Position numbers and translations under genes: made by a program
The notes under the pieces: generated by a model
What the model saw: the letters and a program-made list of their open reading frames with translations, nothing else
The model's database searches: none
Told to the model about the DNA's origin: nothing
From: Macrostomum lignano
Taxonomy: Eukaryota
Reading direction: 5' to 3'
Assembly (NCBI GenBank): GCA_002269645.1
Contig: NIVC01003608.1
Location: forward strand, 24,123-88,122
DNA: 64,000 nt
Part shown: positions 37,451-53,369 of the stretch, in pieces
How positions within the stretch are numbered: the first letter of the stretch is position 1
Layout of the letters: each line of letters opens with the position of its first letter

Positions 37451-38271
37451 TCAAGCGAGCAGAAGTGCCTATGGGAACCATCTGCCTGCAGCTGCAGTTG
37501 GGCGATCCAGCGCGCAACGCAGAACAGTCAGAGAAGCGCCAAGCGGTCTCGCATGCACAATCAGTAGTATATGATGCATAAATAGCAATAAAAACTATTT
37601 GGTAATGAAAATAAATAAAAAGCGGTCAATTGAAAGCGATTAAGGCTACACAGAATCAAAATTGTCAAAAAGCCAGTGAAATTACTGACCAACAACAGAA
37701 TTATAGGATTTGCAAAATAACCTATAAGTATAAAAATAGCAAAACATTTGCGTGTAGATATAAGTATACTATAATGTCTGTTTTCTATATATTCAGAAAA
37801 TGTTTCACTTCCAATTAAAAAGATCAATTTGGGAAATTCCTCTAGTTGGGAAACCGTAAGCCATAGTTTATAATAGTGTGATTATAAAAAAACAAATCAC
37901 TAAGCATATACATAAGCATCTAACGTATATATATATCTATCTATATTGCACAACAACAATAATGCGAAAACAGGCGGCAATCTCCAAATAAAAAAGCAGT
38001 AAAAAGAGGACAGTTCAGAAACTGCGCTGTAAAAAGTCAGTTGGTTAAAAAAGAGTAAAGACTCGAAACACACGGAACTACGCCAGCTAAAAATAAATAC
38101 AGAATCGTGCCTATTGCAAAGTCCACCATATAGTGCTAACAGAGATGCACAAGAGTCCGCTAAATAATGCTGGTGTAAAATATTTTATTACAAACGATTA
38201 GAGCATTGCTTTGATCAATTTTGCTAAGTGGCGTAGCATACTGTAAGCACTTGGGAGCCGTGTCAATATAA

Positions 38272-38670
38272 ACAGCCAATCAGATTGCAGTGAGGGATTC
38301 TGACAGCCAATCAGATTCCAGTAAGGGATTCTGACAGCCAATCAGATTGCAGCGAGGGATTCTGACAGCCAATCAGATTCCAGTAAGGGATTCTGACAGC
38401 CAATCAGATTGCAGTGAGGGATTCTGACAGCCAATCAGATTGCAGTGAGGGATTCTGACAGCCAATCAGATTGCAGTGAGGGATTCTGACAGCCAATCAG
38501 ATTGCAGTGAGGGATTCTGACAGCCAATCAGATTGCAGTGAGGGATTCTGACAGCCAATCAGATAGCAGTGAGGGATTCTGACAGCCAATCAGATTTCAG
38601 TAAGGGATTCTGACAGCCAATCAGATTGCAGTGAAGGATTCTGACAGCCAATCAGATTGCAGTGAGGGAT
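38272..38670. repeat. 31-bp minisatellite GACAGCCAATCAGATTGCAGTGAGGGATTCT
   Basis: 13 units. Confidence 0.95.
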
Positions 38671-39218
38671 TGGTGACTCTGGGACAAAGGGCAAAGGTTG
38701 CTGATTCCGTGAGCCAATCACATTGCTACCAAAAGTAAAATCTGATTCATGCAACATTCGCGGAGCAGCAAAAATTGAAAGAGCGGACAGAACTCGTTAG
38801 CCAGAAATTCGAACAAAATCGAGCGTCAAAAGCGCAAGCAGCGGCTCTACAGGACAGAAGCAAGTTAAAGCGAGCTTTATAAATAGCGAACCCTACAGCT
38901 TACACATACACATAATGATATGACACCACAAAGTGCTATTGTTCGAATCAGGCAATAAATCATAATTTATCAAACAGACTGAGACGAATAAAAGTTGAAT
39001 CGTTTAAAAATGTCAGAAAAAGATCAGCGTGATAATATTAATAATAACAATATAGTAACTAATGCAGAATAAACAGAGTCAGCTATATTAGTTGGCTGCC
39101 TTAGCCGTGTTCGAGATACAGCTCGAGAGTGACACACGCCGCGATGGGGAGGCGGGTGAGGGGAAGCAGATTATAGGGACCCTTTAACTAGCGAACTCAA
39201 CCCGTTCTCCAAATCCCT

Positions 39219-39610
39219 TCAATTAGTCGGCGACGCAGCGGCGGCAGCCGCCGCGCACCACGCGTTGGGATTATAATCCTCATTGTAGAAGGAGAAGTTG
39301 GCAAACTCCTCCTGTTGAATGGCCTGCACCGTGTCCGCATCGATCGGGGTCAGGCGGGCCTCTTCGCTGGTGAAGTCCCGGTCGAAGTTGCTGGTGTCCG
39401 TGCGGCCGCGCACCTTCGCTTGAACGGCGGCTCCACGCCGAGCGCCTCCAGGGCCTCCCAGTCGATACGGCCGTGGAAGAACTGGTGGGTCATCACCGCT
39501 TTTTCGCGGCCCTGCGCCGGGTCGCAGCCGAGTCGGCGGGCCGGCTTCTTGGCTAGGAAGCCTTTGAGTATGGAGACGGCCTCACGGGACAGCCACACTG
39601 GGTACAGCAC
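39219..39610 (-). CDS. PRKCE: Novel-class protein kinase C (epsilon/eta), exon 3; 1-nt deletion near 39418
   Basis: [19 protein letters not shown]...PPFK[P][16 protein letters not shown]...RLTPID (turn motif)...FANFSFYN (hydrophobic motif). Confidence 0.9.
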
Positions 39611-39639
39611 CTGGGCGAGGAGGGGTGCATGGGTGGTTG

Positions 39640-42293
<2,654 letters not shown>

Positions 42294-42399
42294 TTATCAG
42301 TGGCATCTGAGCACCCCAAATACTCTCTGTACTGAGGACAGCTGGCACTTTCTTTTTAGGTAGAATTTAAGCACTCTATCTACTGAGCACTTTCGAAGT

Positions 42400-43605
42400 A
42401 ACACAGCAATCTCACTACCCAAAGCACACTGAGGGCTCTCACTACCCAAAGCACACTAAGCACTCCCAACTCAAAGCACACTGAGCACTCTCACTACCCA
42501 AAGCACACTGAACACTCTCACTACCCAAAGCACACTAAGCACTCCCAACTCAAAGCACACTGAGCACTCTCACTACCCAAAGCACACTGAGGGCTCTCAC
42601 TACCCAAAGCACACTGAGGGCTCTCACTACCCAAAGCACACTGAGGGCTCTCACTACCCAAAGCACACTGAGCACTCTCACTACCCAAAGCACACTGAGG
42701 GCTCTCACTACCCAAAGCACACTGAGCACTCTCACTACCCAAAGCACACTGAGCACTCTCTCTACCCAAAGCACACTGAGCACTCTCACTACCATACATG
42801 CGCAACCTCCGAAATTCGGTCGGCCATGCGACTTAGTTTTAACAAAAATGCGACGTAGTTTTTGACCAAAAATGCGACTTACATGAAAAAAAACCCGAAA
42901 GCAAAATTAACGCAACTTTGGGTAAACGGCAGGAGTAACTATAACTGTCTTATTAAGCCAAAATGCCTCGTCAGCTACTTAGTACTACTAAGTACTAAGT
43001 TTTCAGGTGGGCATTTTTGCGACCTCCTTGGTTGGCCGCCAAATCGGTCGGCCGGATCGGCCGACTCGGCCGACTGTTGCGCATGTATGCTCACTACCCA
43101 AAGCACACTGAGCACTCTCACTACCCAAAGCACACTGAGCACTCTCACTACCCAAAGCACACTGAGGGCTCTCACTACCCAAAGCACACTGAGGGCTCTC
43201 ACTACCCAAAGCACACTGAGCACTCTCACTACCCAAAGCACACTGAGGGCTCTCACTACCCAAAGCACACTGAGCACTCTCACTACCCAAAGCACACTGA
43301 ACACTCTCTCTACCCAAAGCACACTGAACACTCTCACTACCCAAAGCACACTAAGCACTCCCAACTCAAAGCACACTGAGCACTCTCACTACCCAAAGCA
43401 CACTAAGCACTCTCTCTACCCAAAGCACACTGAGCACTCTCTCTACCAAAATCACACTGAGCACTCTCTCCGCCTAAAATACACTGAGCACTCTCTCTAC
43501 TCAAAGCACACTGAGCACTCTCTCTCTCTACTCAAAGCACATTGTGCACCCCCAACTCAAAGCAGACTGAGCACACCCAACTCAAAGAACACTGAGCATT
43601 CTCTC
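42400..43605. repeat. 27-bp intronic minisatellite CACTGAGCACTCTCACTACCCAAAGCA interrupted by a MITE
   Basis: Tandem units on both sides of 42793-43089. Confidence 0.95.
42793..43089. mobile_element. hAT-type MITE (297 bp) containing a 28S rRNA-like segment
   Basis: Perfect 14-bp TIR CATACATGCGCAAC / GTTGCGCATGTATG; 8-bp TSD CTCACTAC at 42785-42792 and 43090-43097; subterminal ATGCGAC and TCGGCC repeats. Confidence 0.92.
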
Positions 43606-43616
43606 TTCTTGCTCAC

Positions 43617-44144
43617 CTGGTGCACCCGACGCCTCACGGCACCCCGCCTGACTGGCTGCTTCTTCGAAGCAATTTGCAGGCGATGCTCTGGCGGCTTCTC
43701 CTCCGAGATGCTGCCCTTCAGATCGATGTACACGTGCAACTGGCCGCAGGGCTCAAGCTGAAGCCAGGTGTCCCAATTCGGTTTCATATCGTCGAATGAC
43801 AGATTAACATCGGCAACGAAGTCGTCTGGCGGAAAGGCGGTGCTATGGAACACAGTGAACACCAGCTTCTGCGAGTTGTGCGCCTCCCACGTGACCTCTT
43901 CGCCCCAGTGAGGCGAATTGCTTTTCCGTTTCACCGAAGTTTTCAGCAATCGGGTGGCGCTGTCGTCGTCGTGCAGATCAACCACGGTGTAGCAGTCCAT
44001 GACTTCAAGCAGCTGCTTGGACGGCAGGTGCCGAACAGCATATGCCGTGGGCTCCAGGTCCCTGGCCTCGATAACCCGGACTCGAATGGTGCCATTGAAG
44101 TACACCAGTGGCTCCTTGTCCGCTGGGGGCAGTCCGGTTGCCAT
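43617..44144 (-). CDS. PRKCE: Novel-class PKC exon 1 (C2-like domain, pseudosubstrate)
   Basis: MATGLPPADKEPLVYFNGTIRVRVIEARDL...QPVRRGAVRRRVHQ|GTGAGC; N-terminal C2 before C1 defines the epsilon/eta type. Confidence 0.95.
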
Positions 44145-44169
44145 AAGCAAAGCGGTAGAGAGCGGCTAA

Positions 44170-47150
44170 TTATCGGGGGCGGCTGATCAGAGGATTGTGG
44201 GAGATGGCGGCTGATCAGAGGATTGTGGGAGATGGCGGCTGATCAGAGGATTGTGGGAGATGGCGGCTGATGAGAGGGATTGTGGGAGATGGCGGCTGAT
44301 CAGAGGATTGTGGGAGATGGCGGCTGATCAGAGGGATTGTGGGAGATGGCGGCTGATCAGAGGGATTGTGGGAGATGGCGGCTGATCAGAGGATTGTGGG
44401 AGATGGCGGCTGATCAGAGGGATTGTGGGAGATGGCGGCTGATGAGAGGATTGTGGGAGATGGCGGCTGATCAGAGGGATTGTGGGAGATGGCGGCTGAT
44501 CAGAGGATTGTGGGAGATGGCGGCTGATCAGAGGGATTGTGGGAGATGGCGGCTGATCAGAGGGATTGTGGGAGATGGCGGCTGATCAGAGGATTGTGGG
44601 AGATGGCGGCTGATCAGAGGGATTGTGGGAGATGGCGGCTGATCAGAGGATTGTGGGAGATGGCGGCTGATCAGAGGGATTCTGGGAGATGGCGGCTGAT
44701 CAGAGGGATTGTGGGAGATGGCGGCTGATCAGAGGGATTGTGGGAGATGGCGGCTGATGAGAGGGATTGTGGGAGATGGCGGCTGATCAGAGGATTGTGG
44801 GAGATGGCGGCTGATCAGAGGGATTGTGGGAGATGGCGGCTGATCAGAGGATTGTGGGAGATGGCGGCTGATCAGAGGGATTGTGGGAGATGGCGGCTGA
44901 TCAGAGGATTGTGGGAGATGGCGGCTGATCAAAGGGATTGTGGGAGATGGCGGCTGATCAGAGGATTGTGGGAGATGGCGGCTGATCAGAGGGATTGTGG
45001 GAGATGGCGGCTGATCAGAGGATTGTGGGAGATGGCGGCTGATCAGAGGGATTGTGGGAGATGGCGGCTGATCAGAGGATTGTGGGAGATGGCGGCTGAT
45101 CAGAGGGATTGTGGGAGATGGCGGCTGATCAGAGGATTGTGGGAGATGGCGGCTGATCAGAGGATTGTGGGAGATGGCGGCTGATCAGAGGGATTGTGGG
45201 AGATGGCGGCTGATCAGAGGATTGTGGGAGATGGCGGCTGATCAGAGGATTGTGGGAGATGGCGGCTGATCAGAGGATTGTGGGAGATGGCGGCTGATCA
45301 GAGGGATTGTGGGAGATGGCGGCTGATCAGAGGGATTGTGGGAGATGGCGGCTGATCAGAGGATTGTGGGAGATGGCGGCTGATCAGAGGGATTGTGGGA
45401 GATGGCGGCTGATCAGAGGATTGTGGGAGATGGCGGCTGATCAGAGGGATTGTGGGAGATGGCGGCTGATCAGAGGATTGTGGGAGATGGCGGCTGATCA
45501 GAGGGATTGTGGGAGATGGCGGCTGATGAGAGGATTGTGGGAGATGGCGGCTGATGAGAGGGATTGTGGGAGATGGCGGCTGATCAGAGGATTGTGGGAG
45601 ATGGCGGCTGATCAGAGGGATTGTGGGAGATGGCGGCTGATCAGAGGGATTGTGGGAGATGGCGGCTGATCAGAGGATTGTGGGAGATGGCGGCTGATCA
45701 GAGGGATTGTGGGAGATGGCGGCTGATCAGAGGATTGTGGGAGATGGCGGCTGATCAGAGGGATTCTGGGAGATGGCGGCTGATCAGAGGATTGTGGGAG
45801 ATGGCGGCTGATCAGAGGGATTGTGGGAGATGGCGGCTGATCAGAGGGATTGTGGGAGATGGCGGCTGATCAGAGGATTGTGGGAGATGGCGGCTGATCA
45901 GAGGGATTGTGGGAGATGGCGGCTGATCAGAGGATTGTGGGAGATGGCGGCTGATCAGAGGGATTGTGGGAGATGGCGGCTGATCAGAGGATTGTGGGAG
46001 ATGGCGGCTGATCAGAGGGATTGTGGGAGATGGCGGCTGATCAGAGGATTGTGGGAGATGGCGGCTGATCAGAGGATTGTGGGAGATGGCGGCTGATCAA
46101 AGGGATTGTGGGAGATGGCGGCTGATCAGAGGATTGTGGGAGATGGCGGCTGATCAGAGGGATTGTGGGAGATGGCGGCTGATCAGAGGATTGTGGGAGA
46201 TGGCGGCTGATCAGAGGGATTGTGGGAGATGGCGGCTGATCAGAGGATTGTGGGAGATGGCGGCTGATCAGAGGGATTGTGGGAGATGGCGGCTGATCAG
46301 AGGATTGTGGGAGATGGCGGCTGATCAGAGGATTGTGGGAGATGGCGGCTGATCAGAGGGATTGTGGGAGATGGCGGCTGATCAGAGGATTGTGGGAGAT
46401 GGCGGCTGATCAGAGGATTGTGGGAGATGGCGGCTGATCAGAGGATTGTGGGAGATGGCGGCTGATCAGAGGATTGTGGGAGATGGCGGCTGATCAGAGG
46501 GATTGTGGGAGATGGCGGCTGATCAGAGGATTGTGGGAGATGGCGGCTGATCAGAGGGATTGTGGAAGATGGCGGCTGATCAGAGGATTGTGGGAGATGG
46601 CGGCTGATCAGAGGGATTGTGGGAGATGGCGGCTGATCAGAGGATTGTGGGAGATGGCGGCTGATCAGAGGATTGTGGGAGATGGCGGCTGATCAGAGGA
46701 TTGTGGGAGATGGCGGCTGATGAGAGGGATTGTGGGAGATGGCGGCTGATCAGAGGATTGTGGGAGATGGCGGCTGATCAGAGGGATTGTGGGAGATGGC
46801 GGCTGATCAGAGGGATTGTGGGAGATGGCGGCTGATCAGAGGATTGTGGGAGATGGCGGCTGATCAGAGGGATTGTGGGAGATGGCGGCTGATCAGAGGA
46901 TTGTGGGAGATGGCGGCTGATGAGAGGGATTGTGGGAGATGGCGGCTGATCAGAGGATTGTGGGAGATGGCGGCTGATCAGAGGGATTGTGGGAGATGGC
47001 GGCTGATCAGAGGGATTGTGGGAGATGGCGGCTGATCAGAGGATTGTGGGAGATGGCGGCTGATCAGAGGGATTGTGGGAGATGGCGGCTGATCAGACGA
47101 TTGTGGGAGATGGCGGCTGATCAAAACGACTGGGAGGAAGGCGGTTGATA
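44170..47150. repeat. 24/25-bp satellite GGAGATGGCGGCTGATCAGAGG(G)ATTGTG, ~120 copies
   Basis: About 3 kb homogeneous array between the KRR1 3' end and the PKC ATG. Confidence 0.97.
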
Positions 47151-47614
47151 AAACTAACTGGGATGGAGGCGGCTGATCAAAGGGATTGGGAGGAAGGCGG
47201 TTGATAAAAGGAACTAACTGGGAGGGAGGCGGGTGATCAAAGGGATTGAGAGGAAGGCGGCTGATCAAAAGGGACTGGGAGGGAGGCGGTTGAGCTTCTA
47301 AATAGTTTCACTGTTAGGTAAACTCTTTATAAAAAACAAAAATTGAAAAAGAGATGGACTATTTCGAAAAGCACTGTCTCTGAATTGTATTTAGGAGTCG
47401 GAAATCGAAACCAATTAATTAATTAATCGCAGCCTCATTGGAGTTACTAAACACTTCAGACAATATACCAACAAAAATGCTTACATTTTTACTAAAAGTA
47501 GCAAAACTGGGAATTTTGGTCACAATTTTATTTTTTAAGCAAATAATACAGACAAAATGCTCGCATTTCTACTAATAAATAGAGTAATTAGCGCATCGGA
47601 TAGCGTCGCACTAT

Positions 47615-48043
47615 TTACTCGGGCGGTGGCTCGAACACGGAGGCGCGCTGTCGCTGCCGCTCCTTGGTTTTGGCAGCCTGCTTCTGCCGACGCTCCGCCT
47701 GTTTCAGGCGCAGCTTCTGATCGGCTTTAAGAAAGTAGGTGCCCTCGCGCAGCTCGGAGTCCACCTTGGACTCAACTGGGGCCGGCGGGAACGGCGTGTA
47801 AGCTTTCTTCTCCCGGATCTTGTGCGGCTTGCGCCGTTTGCTAAGCGTCTTTGGCTTGAACTTGGGCAGAAACCGGTCCCAGCTCAGGCCTGCCATGCGG
47901 GGGTCCTCGCGCAGCTTCTGTTTAATCATCAGCGTCTTGATCGAATAGACCGGATGGATGTTCTGCATGGTGTCCAGCACCAGCTGGCGAACCTGACGGA
48001 GCCCCGTCCAGGGACCCACGGCGCACACAGTCTTGCCTTGGAC
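47615..48043 (-). CDS. KRR1: KRR1 small-subunit processome component, exon 2
   Basis: VQGKTVCAVGPWTGLRQVRQLVLDTMQNIHPVYSIKTLMIK...WDRFLPKFK...KKAYTPFPPAPVESKVD. Confidence 0.95.
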   Translation of the reverse strand, partial: VQGKTVCAVGPWTGLRQVRQLVLDTMQNIHPVYSIKTLMIKQKLREDPRMAGLSWDRFLPKFKPKTLSKRRKPHKIREKKAYTPFPPAPVESKVDSELREGTYFLKADQKLRLKQAERRQKQAAKTKERQRQRASVFEPPPE

Positions 48044-48124
48044 CTGCGGGTGCAGGTTGCAGGCGAATTATTGCAGCTCTACGCTTATCAGGTGCGTGGG
48101 CTGCATGGAAACATTGAAAACCAC

Positions 48125-49593
<1,469 letters not shown>

Positions 49594-50299
49594 TTAATAT
49601 TACTAAAAGTAAACACTAATAACAATATGTTTACTAATAGAAGAGTATCAAAAGGTCCAATATTGTTAATTTCTTATAATTTTCATACATTTCTATTGTT
49701 GGTAAATTATTAAGAAAATGCTCAGTACAATTATATTATTTAGTATTTATTAAGTCACAAATTGTACAGTTGGTTCCATAAGAATATTTTGTGCTAGTTC
49801 AGGCCAGTGTCTAAAAATAAAATAGAAATATACTAAGGCTTTTATTGCTTTTTAAGCTATCACTAAAGGCCGAGTCTTCTATAATACATAATAAATGCCT
49901 AGATTGGCTGCTTCAAAAATATATTTAGTATGACTCTTATAAACAGATTTTAGTACATAATTGACAAAATAGTTAGTCAAATTATTTAATGTTTATTTTG
50001 TCAATTGTGTGAAATTCATACTAGCCATATTAGTTTAGAAACAATTAGAAATTAGAATACCATTGCAGCTATGCTAGAATCCTTTTAAAGTTTTTTCTTA
50101 TATTGGGAAAAAATAAGCCAGCAAAAAGTTGATTCATATTAGTAATTCAAAGGTCACTTAAATCACTACTAGAACTTTAGGATATGCATATGGATATATA
50201 ATATGCTTCACTAGTACAAATGCTAACTGTCATGAGCACTGTCTTAATAGCTAAGGTCTGTCACTTGAACAAATTTCCCAAGTGCTAATAATGCTAACA

Positions 50300-52110
50300 G
50301 AGCTAATGTCTCTATTGCTATTGTCAATAGAGCACATTGTTATCAGAGCAAACTGTTTCCACTAGTAATAAAAATATTTGATATCAAAATATCAAAGAAA
50401 ACCTATTGGAAAAGTTATGCACCTGCAGAGGCATAAAAGGTGAACGAGGTGCACAAAAGAGGCACTTTAGTGGCCTATTTCGTGTGTGTTTTGGAAATGC
50501 ACCTGAGTGCACCTTTTATGCCTAAATGTCACCAATATTTTTGAAAAGAGGCATGAAAGGTGTAAAATTGGTGAAGTGGTCAGGCAGTAGGTGAATTCTC
50601 AATTTTGATTGGTTGCGGCGGTAGGGGGGCAGTAAAGGTGTATAAGGGGCACTGGAGGTGCGCAAAAGGTGAAGAGTAGGCTCACAAGTGAGGCACATCA
50701 GGGGCACAAGAGGTGCTGAAGGGGCGCAGAAAGCGCATGAAAGGTGAATTAGAGGTGCATTTAAGGTGCATTTCAGGCACAAAAGGTGAATTAGAGGTGC
50801 ATAAGGTGTACATGTGCATAAATATGTATACAGGTGCATTTCCAAAACATGCTCGAAATAGACTCCTAAAGTGCCTCTTCTGTGCACCTCGCTCACCTTC
50901 CATGCCTATGCACGAATTAACGCATTAAGAATTCGTAACAAAAAATTAACTGAGAGTTACATACTCATACATTGCATGCACAGATTGAACATAGAAAAGC
51001 TTTATTTACACCTATACTAATTGCTGCTATCCCCTTCCTGATCCTAACAAACCGAGAAACTAAACATTTCTTATACTGATAAGTTTTAATGACTTTCAAA
51101 TACTCAGGAAAAGCTCCGAAAAGTGATGAAAAGGTTTGCATTAGTGAGGAAAAGTTTCCAATAGTGAGAAAAGGAAGCAAATAACTTTGCCAGTTGAAAA
51201 TTTAATGCCCCTTGCATTGCCTCTACGCCTAAAGTGCCCACTGTGCACCTTTTATTCACCTTTTGAGCCTCCAGTGCACACTGTACACTTTATATCCACC
51301 TCCACCGCAGCGCACCTTTTATTCACCTTTCACTCCACCAATGCCCCCAATTCCTACTTTGTTCACCTTTTGTGCCTCAACGCACACTGTGCACCTTTTA
51401 TGCACCTAACTCACCTATGACACCTGTGCCCCTACCGCCTATTTTGTGCCTTAAATTCACCTTCCGCCCCTGCAGAGGCACTCAGGTGAACAAAAGGTGC
51501 ACAAGTGGCACAAAATAGGCATAAGAGAGGCGAAAGTGAGGCAGAAGGTGCAAAACTCTTCACCTTTCATGCCTACTTTAAAAACTCAAAATCCAACGGG
51601 AAAGGCTTGGCCTTGGGGTAAGGCAGACAAACACCCCCTTAGCCAATTAGAATTTAGCAAGCTGCATGTACAGATAAAGCAACAAATAGAAATGGGAACA
51701 ACCAATGTTGCACAGGTATATAACAAATATAGCTGTCAAATTGCTACTTTACAAGTTGCTAAAAGAGGCCATCAATAACATATCTCACCTCCAACATTAG
51801 AAAGGAATCTCATTGCCAGCTACCACTTCCATAGACCATTGCTACACAAATTCTTAGCAATTTTGTTTTACTTGTAACAGTCACCTTATTTAAATAATAC
51901 CAAAAACATTAAATTCATAAATCATATATTGATGTTCTATTGATGCTATTTAAATATATATATATATATATATATATTAAAAGACGACTAAATGACAATG
52001 GCACTGAATTGCTCTGCTGACATTAGCTTTGGAAACATTAGCAATAAACAGAGTTTGCTCTGATAATAACTTGCTCTACTGACATTACTGTTAGAGACTT
52101 TAAGAGACTT
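50300..52110. mobile_element. Old nested inverted-repeat (foldback/MULE-like) region
   Basis: Inverted pairs ~50328-50360 / ~52048-52085 and ~50425-50503 / ~50833-50912; GTGCAC and AAAGGTGA-rich interior. Confidence 0.45.
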
Positions 52111-52948
52111 TGCAATAATGTCAATAACAATTGTGATATTTAGCATTTATATTGATGGTGATATACTATAAATATCAATGAATGAAAACTTGAAAAGATG
52201 CCTAAAAACAAAAAAATTGCAATTACTAGCCAACCTAGCCAATCTAATTAACCTATACTGTAATAAACCAAGGTAAATAGTAAAATTAATAACTATGATG
52301 TAACTTATAACTTTATGACTTTATGGACTAATTTGATGATTTCATACTTTTTTGACCAGTCTCTTAGAGGCCCTTTTTAGAATAAATTCCTATATGCATA
52401 GGCTTTCAAAATTTCAAGAGTTTTGTTTAACTATTTATTTTGTCTCTATTTGAATAAGTTTGTCTGCATATTAGGGGCATAGGAAGGGTTTATGGAATTT
52501 TTGTCAACTTGGTTGACAAATGTTCCAACCCTCATTTCTGCAGTTGATAAATATTCCAAATCTTCCACTGCCTGTTGACGAAAGTTCCATAGCCAGATTG
52601 AAGGCATCGGAGAACTACCTTTGTGCACAAGTTATTGCGTACGCTGTATTGCATATTTAACATGTGTTGATTGCCATTGTGCAATGTTGTTGTGCATTAC
52701 AATCTAAGCATGAACTAGCTAGCAGATAGATGTACATGACTTGCAAGTTGGCACATGAACAGTGTGAACATGCAGTGTCCAACACAATTTAGAGAAAACT
52801 AGCAATCTATGCCCCCCGTTGGAGATAATTGATTGCGCACATACAAGATTTCCATTTTTAGTATATAGGATATGCCAGGTGCCACTGATTTCTGGAGTAT
52901 ATATCTACTTGCACACACTCTCTTTTGTTTTGCTGTCACTTGTATGGA

Positions 52949-53131
52949 ATGAACAACAATATCGACAACTGCATTGTGTGCCAAGAGGCTGTGCACCCGC
53001 AGCAAGAAGGTTTGCAGCATGATCAATGCAAAAAGTGGCAGCATCGTACGTGCCAAAGTGGTGTTAGTCGCCAACAGTATCGCCATCTGCAGCAGCTAGA
53101 AAGTTTTGAGTTCAGCTGCAGCCTTTGCTAG
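52949..53131 (+). pseudogene. Degenerate PHD-finger fragment, probably transposon-derived
   Basis: CIVC...GLQHDQCKKWQHRTC...FSCSLC*: C4HC3 spacing with one Cys replaced by His. Confidence 0.5.
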
Positions 53132-53369
53132 GAAGAGCCACAGGAACAACCTAAACAGCCAATTGTTCTGCCTGCACTAGCTATCTAGTAGTAGCAGCAG
53201 CCAGCAGCCAGCTTTTATTGTAGCCTAACCTAGGCCTAGATATTTATCTACTAAATAAAGCAAATAGCCTAGGAGCCTAGCATATAATAAATAGGTTGTT
53301 GTAATTATAACATAATAATTAATCTAATAGCTATGAGGTTGCTAATTAATGGTAGAAAGAGAATAGATA

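Noticed and set aside
39410-39425. Programmed ribosomal frameshifting in PKC or the desaturase
   Set aside because: No slippery heptamer or evident stimulatory structure; a missing base in a doublet is explained more simply by sequence error
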